Source: Fibrobacteria bacterium (GTDB taxonomy: Bacteria > Fibrobacterota > Fibrobacteria > UBA11236). From it: 64,000 nt of DNA. Below are positions 11,155 to 20,203 of this stretch, piece after piece. How positions within the stretch are numbered: the first letter of the stretch is position 1; every line of letters starts with the position of its first letter. The position numbers and the translations under genes are program-made. Below the pieces are notes generated by a model. That model worked only from the letters and a program-made list of their open reading frames with translations, had not been told where the DNA came from and did no database searches. The stretch is taken from NCBI GenBank assembly GCA_043732185.1, contig JAYTHY010000112.1:1-64000 (forward strand). Direction: 5' to 3'.

Positions 11155-13229
11155 TTCGCAATAGTTGTAAAGCGACGTACATTGACTTTATATTCCGCCA
11201 AGTAGCGCTCCGCTTCCGCAACTACGTGGTTGGCCGTGTATCCGAATTTTTCATCCAACACTTTGAATGGCGCGGACGCCCCAAAGCGCTTCATCCCATA
11301 CACCTGACCGAGGGGGCCCACCAATCCTTGCATGGCAACGGCCAGGCCAGCGGTCCAACCCAATGTGGGCGCAGTATAGGGCAGGACGCTTTCGCGGTAG
11401 GCGGCTGGTTGTTCCATGAAGAGGCCTTCAGAAATGGCCGAGACCACTTGGACCTTCAGGCCTTTTTCCTTGACCAGCTTTTCTGCTCCTTCAATGAGCA
11501 AGGACACTTCAGACCCATTGGCGACCAGCACCAAATCTGGTTTGCCTCCGGCCTCACGTACAATATAGGCGCCTTTGGTGGCTCCCTGCAAAGCGTCTTG
11601 ATACCGGGTGGAACCGGGTTTGGCCGGCAGATCGTTGACCGGTTGACGGGTAAGTATAAGGGCTGTGGGTACTTTGGATTCAAGGGCCATCTTCCACGCT
11701 ACGGTGGTTTCCGCGCAGTCGCCGGGCCGCAATACTAGGGCGCTACGATGGCCTTCCAGATTGGCCATCTTTTCCAAGAGCCGAATTTGCGCTTCCTGTT
11801 CGATGGGCTGATGAGTGGGTCCATCTTCGCCTACTCGGAACGCATCATGGGTCCAGATGAAGATGGTGTGCGCGCCCATGAGGGCTGCCAATCTAATGGC
11901 CGGTTTTTGAAAATCAGAGAAGGCGAAAAAGGTGCCACCGGCAATAAAGCAACCGCCATGCAAGGCAACGCCGGTCATGATTCCGGCCATAGTGAGTTCG
12001 GCCACGCCAGCTTGTAAAAAAGCGCCGGAGAAATCTTCGCGTGTGAAAATATGTGTCTTCTTAAGGAAGCCTTCGGTGTAATCGCTGTCTGCCAGATCGG
12101 CGGAGGTAACGATCATATTCTCGACTTTGCCGGCCAGATAGGCCAACACATTTTTGGACGCTGCACGCGTTGCTTCATTCGGTTTTTGCTCGATGGAAGA
12201 GAAATCCAAAGGCGGCAATTGTCCGGATTGGAAATGATGGAACTTCTTGGCCAATTCCGGATTCTGCTTTTCCCATTCTGCCTGCAGGGCTTTAGCTACT
12301 TTGGCCTTATCCGCTTTCTCAGCTTTTACTTTGGCCATGGCTTCGACCACATCCGCAAAGAGTTGGAAGGGTTCAGCCACATCGCCGCCCAAGTGACGGA
12401 CGGTTTCTTCGTAGGACGCCTCGGTTTTAGAAAGGGGATTGCCGTGGGTTTTGGGAGAGCCTTCAAAGGACGAGCCATCGGCTTTAACCGCGCCCTTGCC
12501 CATAATGGTTTTGCCGACAATGAAGGTGGGGCGAGATTTTTCTGCCCACGCGCGCTGTAAGGCGCCGCGCATCTGATCAAAGTCATGGCCATTGACGGTT
12601 TCCACGCGCCAGCCCCAGGCTTCGTACTTCTTGGCGGTGTCTTCGGACATCGTGTCCTTGGTCATATGCGAAAGCTGTACGTCATTGGAGTCGTAGAACA
12701 TGATGAGGTCCGACATGCCCAGGTGACCGGCCAAGCGGCCGACGCCTTGAGACACTTCCTCTTCCACGCCGCCGTCTGAGATATACGCCACAGTTTTATG
12801 TCCCATCCAATTTCCAAACCGGGCTTTAAGGAAGCGCTCGGCAATCGCTGCGCCCAGTCCCATGAGATGTCCCTGGCCTAATGGGCCGGAAGTATTTTCC
12901 ACACCACGGGCAACATCGTGTTCGGGATGGCCGGGCGTGGGGCTGCCCCATTGGCGGAAGTTTTTCAATTCGTCCATGCTGTACAGGCCGAATAAGGAGA
13001 GCGTGGAATAGAGCATGGAAGAGAGATGTCCAGCATCCAGAAAAAACCGGTCGCGATTGGGCCAAGCCATATCCTTGAGGTCGAAGCGGAGGAATTCAGT
13101 ATAGAGAATGGCCATGAAATCGGCACCACCCATCGGTCCACCAGGATGGCCCGATTTGGCGCGTTCCGGCATGGAAGCGGAAAGAATACGGATATTGTCG
13201 GCAATTCTCTTGAGTTGGCTGTTGTCCAC
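11151..13229 (-). CDS. tkt: Transketolase
   Basis: SGHPG, TPGHPE, GPLGQG, SDG..EE, GEDGPTHQP motifs. Confidence 0.97.
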   Translation of the reverse strand: MDNSQLKRIADNIRILSASMPERAKSGHPGGPMGGADFMAILYTEFLRFDLKDMAWPNRDRFFLDAGHLSSMLYSTLSLFGLYSMDELKNFRQWGSPTPGHPEHDVARGVENTSGPLGQGHLMGLGAAIAERFLKARFGNWMGHKTVAYISDGGVEEEVSQGVGRLAGHLGMSDLIMFYDSNDVQLSHMTKDTMSEDTAKKYEAWGWRVETVNGHDFDQMRGALQRAWAEKSRPTFIVGKTIMGKGAVKADGSSFEGSPKTHGNPLSKTEASYEETVRHLGGDVAEPFQLFADVVEAMAKVKAEKADKAKVAKALQAEWEKQNPELAKKFHHFQSGQLPPLDFSSIEQKPNEATRAASKNVLAYLAGKVENMIVTSADLADSDYTEGFLKKTHIFTREDFSGAFLQAGVAELTMAGIMTGVALHGGCFIAGGTFFAFSDFQKPAIRLAALMGAHTIFIWTHDAFRVGEDGPTHQPIEQEAQIRLLEKMANLEGHRSALVLRPGDCAETTVAWKMALESKVPTALILTRQPVNDLPAKPGSTRYQDALQGATKGAYIVREAGGKPDLVLVANGSEVSLLIEGAEKLVKEKGLKVQVVSAISEGLFMEQPAAYRESVLPYTAPTLGWTAGLAVAMQGLVGPLGQVYGMKRFGASAPFKVLDEKFGYTANHVVAEAERYLAEYKVNVRRFTTIAN

Positions 13230-13312
13230 GATAAGGCTCCTTAAATCGTAATTAATGTCGGAAAAGGTAGTATAAACAGGTCTAGAACCGATTTCGAAAG
13301 TGGCCGATTCGT

Positions 13313-13352
13313 ATCTAGAAGCAGGTTTTGAAATCTAGAAGCAGGTTTTGAA
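13313..13352. repeat. Perfect 20-bp tandem repeat in the divergent promoter region
   Basis: ATCTAGAAGCAGGTTTTGAA x2, plus a degenerate copy at 13281-13299. Confidence 0.9.
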
Positions 13353-13396
13353 AATAACATTTTGTCCCACCCCATCGGTATTTTATAATAACGACA

Positions 13397-14788
13397 ATGA
13401 CAATCTACTCGCCTGGCATTCAGCCCCTCAATCCATTCACTTTGGAGCCGACTGGGGACTATTCGGAAACAGATTTTCCCGGTTTGGTCAAAGCCATTTC
13501 CATAGCCAAGGAAGCTGGCGCGGCTTGGCGAAAAGTAACGGTTGGTAAAAGGGTGGAATACCTACGGGCGGCTCTCGACTATTTTACAGTTCATCACGCT
13601 GCCATCGCTCAAGATATCACCAGGCAAATGGGTAAGCCTTTGCGTCAAAGCGAGAACGAAGTCAAAGGGTTCTTGGAGCGAGCGGCCTACTTGACCGCAG
13701 AAGCTGAGTTTATTTTGGTGCCGGAAATCCTGCCGGAAAAAAGTGGGTTCCATCGTCGGATTGAACATGTTCCATTAGGTGTGGTGCTGATTATCGCCCC
13801 TTGGAACTATCCATTATTAACCGCCGTGAATGGCGTGGCCACAGCACTATTAGCGGGCAATGCGGTAATATTAAAGCATAGCAGTATCACTCCGGCAGTG
13901 GGTGAACATTTCGCACGGGCCTTTGGTCATATGGGACCTTTTGCCCATGTTTTACAAAACGTATTAGCGAACCATGATGATTTGGGTAAGGCCATAGCTG
14001 AGTGCGATATCGACCATGTGGTGTTTACGGGATCGGTGGAAGGAGGCCGAACCGTGCAAAAGGCGGCGGCGCATCGATTCATCGATTGCAATCTGGAGCT
14101 GGGTGGAAAGGATGGAGCCTATGTGGCGGCGGATGCTGATGTGGCCAAGGCTGCAGCGGATCTGGTCGATGGGGCGATGTACAATGCGGGACAAAGCTGC
14201 TGCGGCATCGAACGCGTTTACGTTCATGACAGTCGGTATCAGGAATTCTTGGACCGATGTGAACAACTGGTGTCTGAATACGTGCTTGGAAATCCTCTGG
14301 ATGCAACAACTACTATGGGTCCACTGGCTACGACTCGGGCAGCCGTTTCCATGTCCGGCCAAATAGACTCCGCGCAGTCCAAAGGAGCCAAGCTGGTTTC
14401 TGGTGGACGCGCTCGGGTCATTGGCAAGGGCACTTTTTTTGAACCGACGATTCTTGTAAAGGTCGACCCTTCCATGGATGTCATGAGGGAAGAAAACTTC
14501 GGACCTATCTTACCCATTCTTTCCGTCAAAGGTGACGAAGACGCTTTGCGCCATATCAATGATTCCCGCTACGGCTTGACTTCCGTCATCTATACCGGGG
14601 ATCTGGACCGTGCCAACCATTTTGCAGCAGAGGCGGATACAGGCACGGTATTCATGAATCGCTGCGACTATCTGGATCCAGCCTTGCCTTGGACCGGTGT
14701 CCGCGATAGTGGCCGTGGGACAACGCTGTCAAAATTCGGTTTCTATTCCTTGACGCGGCGTAAAGCTATTCATTTCCGTCTACCATGA
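13397..14788 (+). CDS. Aldehyde dehydrogenase family protein
   Basis: PWNYP, FTGS, LELGGKD, catalytic GQSCC, EENFGP. Confidence 0.95.
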   Translation: MTIYSPGIQPLNPFTLEPTGDYSETDFPGLVKAISIAKEAGAAWRKVTVGKRVEYLRAALDYFTVHHAAIAQDITRQMGKPLRQSENEVKGFLERAAYLTAEAEFILVPEILPEKSGFHRRIEHVPLGVVLIIAPWNYPLLTAVNGVATALLAGNAVILKHSSITPAVGEHFARAFGHMGPFAHVLQNVLANHDDLGKAIAECDIDHVVFTGSVEGGRTVQKAAAHRFIDCNLELGGKDGAYVAADADVAKAAADLVDGAMYNAGQSCCGIERVYVHDSRYQEFLDRCEQLVSEYVLGNPLDATTTMGPLATTRAAVSMSGQIDSAQSKGAKLVSGGRARVIGKGTFFEPTILVKVDPSMDVMREENFGPILPILSVKGDEDALRHINDSRYGLTSVIYTGDLDRANHFAAEADTGTVFMNRCDYLDPALPWTGVRDSGRGTTLSKFGFYSLTRRKAIHFRLP

Positions 14789-14822
14789 AAGTGGCCTATC
14801 GTGAAGCAAGCAGAGGCATACC

Positions 14823-16202
14823 GTGAAGCAGGTTAAATCTAACGCACGTTTGGAGGCATGGGAAAAGGCTGGAGTCAAACGCGTCAAGCTGGCATTGACC
14901 GATATCGATGGCGTGATGCGCGGAAAATATTTGTCCTTCGAAAAATTCGCTTCGGTGGTCAAAAACGGCGGGGCCTTTTGCGACTGCATTCTCGGCTGGG
15001 ACACGGATGATAAGCTTTATGACAATGTGCGTTTTACCGGCTGGCATACCGCTTTTCCTGATGCGAATTTCCGATTGGATCTCACATCCGAAAGGCACTT
15101 GCCGGAGGAAATCAATGTGTCTTTTTTTCTGGGGGAATTCATCGACAAGGCCGGGACGGGAAGGCACCCCCTTTGCCCACGCGGATTGCTGCAGAGGGTG
15201 CTGGATAGGGCCAAGGGCCTGGGATATGGGGCTAAAATCGGATTTGAATATGAGTTTTTTGTCTTTGATGAAACGCCGCATTCCATCCGGGAAAAAGGCT
15301 ACCGTAATCTGAAGCCTTTCACACCGGGAAATTTTGGTTATTCCGTGATCCGCAGTTCCACGGAATCGGACCTTTTCAATGATCTGATGGAGTACTCCAG
15401 TGCCATCGGGTGTCCTATCGAAGGTCTGCATTGCGAGACGGGGCCTGGAGTGATGGAGGCGGCTCTGACCGCCACGGATGCGTTACGCGCCGCTGACAAT
15501 GCTGCAATATTCAAAACCTTTACCAAAGTGTTTTTTCAAAAACGCGAAAAGTTGGCCACCTTTATGGCCAAATGGTCAATCGATTACCCCGGCCAAAGCG
15601 GGCATATGCATCAAAGCCTGTTCGATCTCAAGTCCGGTGAATCGGTCATGTTCCAATCCGGCGGCCGCGAGGGCATGAGTCCGCTGATGGAAAGCTACGT
15701 GGCCGGAATGCAGAAATTCTTGAAACCGTTCCTGTGTCTGTTTGCGCCCACCGTTAACAGTTATACGCGCCTCGTCAAAGGGGCCTGGGCTCCCACTACG
15801 TCTACTTGGGGCGTGGAAAATCGAACGACGGCATTACGCGTCATTCCCGGCAGCAGCAAGTCCCAGCGCGTTGAATTTAGGTTGGGCGCAGCCGATGGCA
15901 ATCCTTATTTGGTGGCGGCGGCGTGTATTGCCTCGGGTTTGCTGGGTATTGAGCATAAGCTCAAGCTTGGGGAGCCGGTCCAAGGCAGCGCGTATGCGGT
16001 GCAGGATAAATTGCCGGAAGGATTGCAGCTTCCCGGTAACCTGCGTGATTCCCTCCGCAACCTACGCGCCTCTAAGGAGGCCAAGGAAGTATTTGGCGCG
16101 GACTTCGTCGAGCATTTTGCAAATACCCGAGAATGGGAAGTGCGCGAACATGAAAAAGCCATTACGGATTGGCAGTTGCGCCGATATTTTGAGATTATCT
16201 GA
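14823..16202 (+). CDS. Glutamine synthetase-like gamma-glutamylamide synthetase
   Basis: D.DG..RGK, FEYEFF, HCETGPG..E, SGHMHQSL, WGVENRT, RVEFR; GTG start. Confidence 0.9.
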   Translation: MKQVKSNARLEAWEKAGVKRVKLALTDIDGVMRGKYLSFEKFASVVKNGGAFCDCILGWDTDDKLYDNVRFTGWHTAFPDANFRLDLTSERHLPEEINVSFFLGEFIDKAGTGRHPLCPRGLLQRVLDRAKGLGYGAKIGFEYEFFVFDETPHSIREKGYRNLKPFTPGNFGYSVIRSSTESDLFNDLMEYSSAIGCPIEGLHCETGPGVMEAALTATDALRAADNAAIFKTFTKVFFQKREKLATFMAKWSIDYPGQSGHMHQSLFDLKSGESVMFQSGGREGMSPLMESYVAGMQKFLKPFLCLFAPTVNSYTRLVKGAWAPTTSTWGVENRTTALRVIPGSSKSQRVEFRLGAADGNPYLVAAACIASGLLGIEHKLKLGEPVQGSAYAVQDKLPEGLQLPGNLRDSLRNLRASKEAKEVFGADFVEHFANTREWEVREHEKAITDWQLRRYFEII

Positions 16203-16204
16203 AG

Positions 16205-16236
16205 CTGAGAAACTGAGAAACTGAGAAACTGAGAAG
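16205..16236 (+). repeat. 8-bp tandem repeat (CTGAGAAA)x4
   Basis: Three perfect copies plus CTGAGAAG, between the GS-like and Fe-ADH genes. Confidence 0.9.
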
Positions 16237-16257
16237 CCGGGAAGCAGCGGAGCCGAC

Positions 16258-17406
16258 ATGCAACAATTCAATTATCCCACACTTATTTTTTTCGGCCAAG
16301 GCGCCATGACCGCATTGGCCAATCGCATGCGTGGCACGGTGACTAGAGTCCTGATTGTGACGGATGCTACGTTGGTCAAAGTTGGACTGTGCGCGGAGGT
16401 GGAGGCGGCGCTTAATTCCCATGGAATCGCCACACAGGTATTTGCGGACACACATGCCAATCCCATTGAGGAAGATGTGGAAAAGGGTCTGGCGGCATAC
16501 CAGATAAATGGATGCGACGCCCTGGTAGCACTGGGTGGGGGGAGTCCAATAGATACGGCCAAGGTGATTCGCCTGCTCACCGTGCATCCCGGTCCCTTAG
16601 CCAAGTACGATGATGCCATCGGCGGCGACAAGCTTATCAAGCACGCCATGCCGCCTTTGTATGCGATACCCACTACCGCTGGAACGGGTAGCGAAGTGGG
16701 GCGTTCCGGTGTTATCATTCTGCGTGCAACTGGAAAGAAAACCATTTTCTTCCATCCCAGTTTAATGCCCGATATCGCCGTACTCGAACCGGCCTTTACG
16801 GCGGGACTTCCACCGCATATTACCGCTGCTACCGGAATCGACGCTTTTACCCATTGCCTGGAAGCATACTTGGTCAATGTCTTCCATCCATTGGCAGATG
16901 GAATTGCCCAGGAAGGCTTGCGGCTCATTCTCAAACATCTCCCTACAGCATTTGCGCAAGGAACGAATTTGGACGCCCGCGGAGCCATGCAAATGGCCGC
17001 GGCCATGGGTGCCACAGCCTTTCAAAAGGGATTAGGCATGACCCATTCTTTGGCGCATCCACTTTCCGCCCGCTACAATACTCACCATGGCTTGGCCAAT
17101 GCATTGCTGCTTCCCGAGTCCTTAGCCTTTTTGGAGTCCCAGCCCCTGCCGGAAGCCGGTCAAATCAAATTAGCACGCGTACAGGCTTTATTTGAAGAAG
17201 CAGGATTGGCTAGCGCCAGCTTATCCGAATCGTGTCGCAATTTTTTTACGGGACTAGGGATTCGCTTTGGCCTTCACAATCATGGCGTTCCGAAAGGGGA
17301 CCTTGATATGCTGGCTGACGATGCCTATGCGGACACGTGCCATGCATCTAATATCATTCCCGTTTCCCAGCAGGACTTGCTAAGCGTTTACCGGGCCGCT
17401 TATTGA
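16258..17406 (+). CDS. Iron-containing alcohol dehydrogenase
   Basis: GGGSPID, PTTAGTGSE, DAFTHCLE, HSLAH...HHG metal ligands. Confidence 0.95.
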   Translation: MQQFNYPTLIFFGQGAMTALANRMRGTVTRVLIVTDATLVKVGLCAEVEAALNSHGIATQVFADTHANPIEEDVEKGLAAYQINGCDALVALGGGSPIDTAKVIRLLTVHPGPLAKYDDAIGGDKLIKHAMPPLYAIPTTAGTGSEVGRSGVIILRATGKKTIFFHPSLMPDIAVLEPAFTAGLPPHITAATGIDAFTHCLEAYLVNVFHPLADGIAQEGLRLILKHLPTAFAQGTNLDARGAMQMAAAMGATAFQKGLGMTHSLAHPLSARYNTHHGLANALLLPESLAFLESQPLPEAGQIKLARVQALFEEAGLASASLSESCRNFFTGLGIRFGLHNHGVPKGDLDMLADDAYADTCHASNIIPVSQQDLLSVYRAAY

Positions 17407-17438
17407 AGCTAGGAACAAGGCTTATCCATCACCTGGAT

Positions 17439-18353
17439 TCAGAGAGATGGAATGGCTCTTTTTAAGTGGCTCAATTTAACCTCATCGGACAGTGCTTCAT
17501 TCAGGCTGCCACTGCGGAAGCCACTCGGGTCTACCTGCATTTTCGAGAATCCCAAAGCGCGTAGATTCTGTAATAGGTTTCGGGCGCACTCTTCATCGTC
17601 CAAAATCATTTTTTGATCTACCGGTACTTCGATGCGGGCGGTGTCGCCAAAATGCCTGAGTCGGAATTCCCGGAATCCCAGTTTGGCCAATAGGATTTCA
17701 CCCGCTTCCACCATGGCCAATTTTTTGGCATCTACCGGACTGCCATACGGAATCCGGCTGCTGAGGCAGGGCTGTGCGGATTTTTCCGCAGTGGGCAGTC
17801 CAAAGGCTCGTGACAAGATCCGGACATCTGCTTTGGAAAGACCGGCCTCTGCTAAAGGTGCCCGTGCTCCATGTTCAAAGGCAGCGCGTCGACCAGGTCG
17901 AAAATCCAAGGTATCGTCTGTGTTACCTCCGTACAGAATGGATGCGGTCGGAAAGGCCGCGGCAAACAGTTTCAGATTATGGAACAGATCGTTTTTGCAG
18001 TGAAAGCATCGATCTGGACCATTCCTGAGGTAGGCTGGATTCTCGAATTCCGTTGCGCTGTATTCGATAAGCTCAACATCCATCAACTTTGCCAGCTGTT
18101 GGGCTTCGATTTGCTCTTGTTTTGCCAAGGACGGGCCCACTGCCAGGTAAGCGACTGCTCGAGTTTTTCCAAGCACATGCCTGGCAACGCCCACCAATAA
18201 GGTTGAATCCACCCCGCCCGAAAATCCAATCAGGACTTGGGCCATGTTGGCTATAAGGGATTGCAAAGTTTGGTATTTGCACAGCAGCGGCGAGGAAACC
18301 AAGGTGGCTTCCGAGAAATCCAGGGGTCGGGATGAGAAATCAGGTGAAGGCAA
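17439..18353 (-). CDS. larE: LarE-family ATP-dependent sulfur transferase
   Basis: PP-loop SGGVDS, RCFHCK, RPG, PCLSSRIPYG, R.RH...ARIEV. Confidence 0.9.
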   Translation of the reverse strand: MPSPDFSSRPLDFSEATLVSSPLLCKYQTLQSLIANMAQVLIGFSGGVDSTLLVGVARHVLGKTRAVAYLAVGPSLAKQEQIEAQQLAKLMDVELIEYSATEFENPAYLRNGPDRCFHCKNDLFHNLKLFAAAFPTASILYGGNTDDTLDFRPGRRAAFEHGARAPLAEAGLSKADVRILSRAFGLPTAEKSAQPCLSSRIPYGSPVDAKKLAMVEAGEILLAKLGFREFRLRHFGDTARIEVPVDQKMILDDEECARNLLQNLRALGFSKMQVDPSGFRSGSLNEALSDEVKLSHLKRAIPSL

Positions 18354-18461
18354 GGCAATTCCTAATCATATGCTCCAAAATAGACATATTTACCCGTCTT
18401 CCTGCCAGGACTGGACTTTGAAAGCGTCCTCCAAAGAAGATATAATTGGGAGGCAAGCATT

Positions 18462-18755
18462 ATGCCGATAGAAATCAAAGTTCAAATCATACTCGCCAGC
18501 ATCCTGTCCCTGGAATTGTTGGGATTGTTCATGATAATCATCCGTACGACGGCCAATTTGGAACATGGACTCAATCGCGTGGAAGAAATCATCAACCGGG
18601 AAATCCAATTGTCCCTGCGGATCAAGGATAAAGAAAGGATTACGAAGGAAAAGGCTGCTCAAGCCGATCAAGGCAAGGGCAAGAAAAATGAACTATTACT
18701 CAATATTCCTTTTATGGAACGCCTGAACAAAGAAAAAGGCAAGGAGAATGGGTAA
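18462..18755 (+). CDS. Small single-TM hypothetical protein coupled to gmk
   Basis: GGAGG SD, N-terminal hydrophobic helix, charged tail, overlaps the gmk start. Confidence 0.65.
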   Translation: MPIEIKVQIILASILSLELLGLFMIIIRTTANLEHGLNRVEEIINREIQLSLRIKDKERITKEKAAQADQGKGKKNELLLNIPFMERLNKEKGKENG

Positions 18756-19359
18756 TTCTGGAAAGGTATTCGTATTTTCGGCGCCATCTGGAGCCGGAAA
18801 AAGCACTTTGAAGGATGCGTTAATGAAACGCTTTCCTACCTTGCGTTATTCCGTTTCCGCGACCACTCGGAAACCCAGGCCGGGTGAACAAGAAGGCATA
18901 CATTATTTTTTCAAAACTTCGGATGAATTCCGCTACCTAATCGAATCCAACGAACTTGTGGAACATATGCAAGTCCATGGTAACTTCTACGGCACGCCTA
19001 GGGCTCCGATTCTAAAAGCCCTGGAGGCTGGTCAAAGCCTGATTCTGGACTTGGACGTATACGGCAAGTCCCGCTTTGATGAAGCATTTCCGCAGGCAAT
19101 TGGCATTCTCATCACTCCTCCGAATCTAGAGGAGTTGGAACGGCGCCTGGTCTTGCGTCAATCAGATGATTCCGACAGCATTCGCATCCGGTTGCAGAAC
19201 GCCACGCAGGAACTGGAATTCGCTAATCGCATGGGCAAGTATGAATATAAAGTGGTCAACGATATTTTCGATCGCGCATTGGAAGAATTGACAGGCATTT
19301 TCGAAAAGGAATTGGGAATGAATCGCGCAGCGACAAAACCCCCGGCCCGAAAGCCTTAA
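18748..19359 (+). CDS. gmk: Guanylate kinase
   Basis: SAPSGAGKST, SATTRKPRPGE..G..Y.F, YGTP. Confidence 0.97.
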   Translation: MGNSGKVFVFSAPSGAGKSTLKDALMKRFPTLRYSVSATTRKPRPGEQEGIHYFFKTSDEFRYLIESNELVEHMQVHGNFYGTPRAPILKALEAGQSLILDLDVYGKSRFDEAFPQAIGILITPPNLEELERRLVLRQSDDSDSIRIRLQNATQELEFANRMGKYEYKVVNDIFDRALEELTGIFEKELGMNRAATKPPARKP

Positions 19360-20198
19360 GTTCGAACCAGTTCCACGGCATTCCGGAAAATTTGGATGCC
19401 TGCTCCTTCGCCTTTCAGCCCCAGTTTTTGCCATTGGGGATGGTTGGTGGCCAGCATATGGGCTTCCGGATGTGGCATCAGCCCAAAGCGCAATCCATCG
19501 CTGCTACAAATTCCCGCAATATCATCCACTGAACCGTTCGGATTTTCAGGATAGGCATTGCCGAGCAAACCGGGCCGTTCACCGTTGGCGGTGCAATAGC
19601 GTAAGCTGACTTGTCCAAGACGCTTAAGGTCGGCCAAAGCGGCAGCATCCATCGGCATGAACTTGCCTTCACCATGCCTGATGGGGAGATAAATTTTTTC
19701 GATTCCACGGGTCCAGATGCATTTGGAAGCCGGGTCGGTGGCAAGATGGCACCAGCGATCCTCGAAACGGCCTGAGTCATTGAAGGTCAAGGTGACGCTT
19801 TGCTTGAAAGCCTCGCCGCGGTTATCCTGACTGGATTCTGCTGGGGCGGAAGAAGCCAAAGTTGATTGTCCCGGAAGAATCCCCAATTTGACGAGTACCT
19901 GGAATCCGTTACAAATCCCGATCATCGGTATCTTGCGCGCTACGGCATCATGCAGATCATCGGACAAGGAATGTTTGAGTTTGTTAGCGAATACGCGGCC
20001 ACTGGCAATATGGTCTCCAAAGGAAAACCCCCCTGGCACGGCTAGAATGTCGAATTCCGTCAGGCGCGGCTTTTTGGCGATGAGATCATTGATATGTACG
20101 CGGTGAGCGTCACCGCCGGCCATGCGAAAACATTCGGCCAACTCATTGTCTGAGTTGATGCCGTATCCGGTTATAATGGCGATTCTGGGTTTTGCCAT
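19356..20198 (-). CDS. purQ: FGAM synthase glutaminase subunit
   Basis: PGGFSFGD, GICNGFQ, HGEG, NPNGS, GLMPHPE. Confidence 0.95.
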   Translation of the reverse strand: MAKPRIAIITGYGINSDNELAECFRMAGGDAHRVHINDLIAKKPRLTEFDILAVPGGFSFGDHIASGRVFANKLKHSLSDDLHDAVARKIPMIGICNGFQVLVKLGILPGQSTLASSAPAESSQDNRGEAFKQSVTLTFNDSGRFEDRWCHLATDPASKCIWTRGIEKIYLPIRHGEGKFMPMDAAALADLKRLGQVSLRYCTANGERPGLLGNAYPENPNGSVDDIAGICSSDGLRFGLMPHPEAHMLATNHPQWQKLGLKGEGAGIQIFRNAVELVRT

Positions 20199-20203
20199 GT
20201 TGT

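Noticed and set aside
16272..17015. 247-aa minus-strand ORF
   Set aside because: Shadow of the Fe-ADH gene
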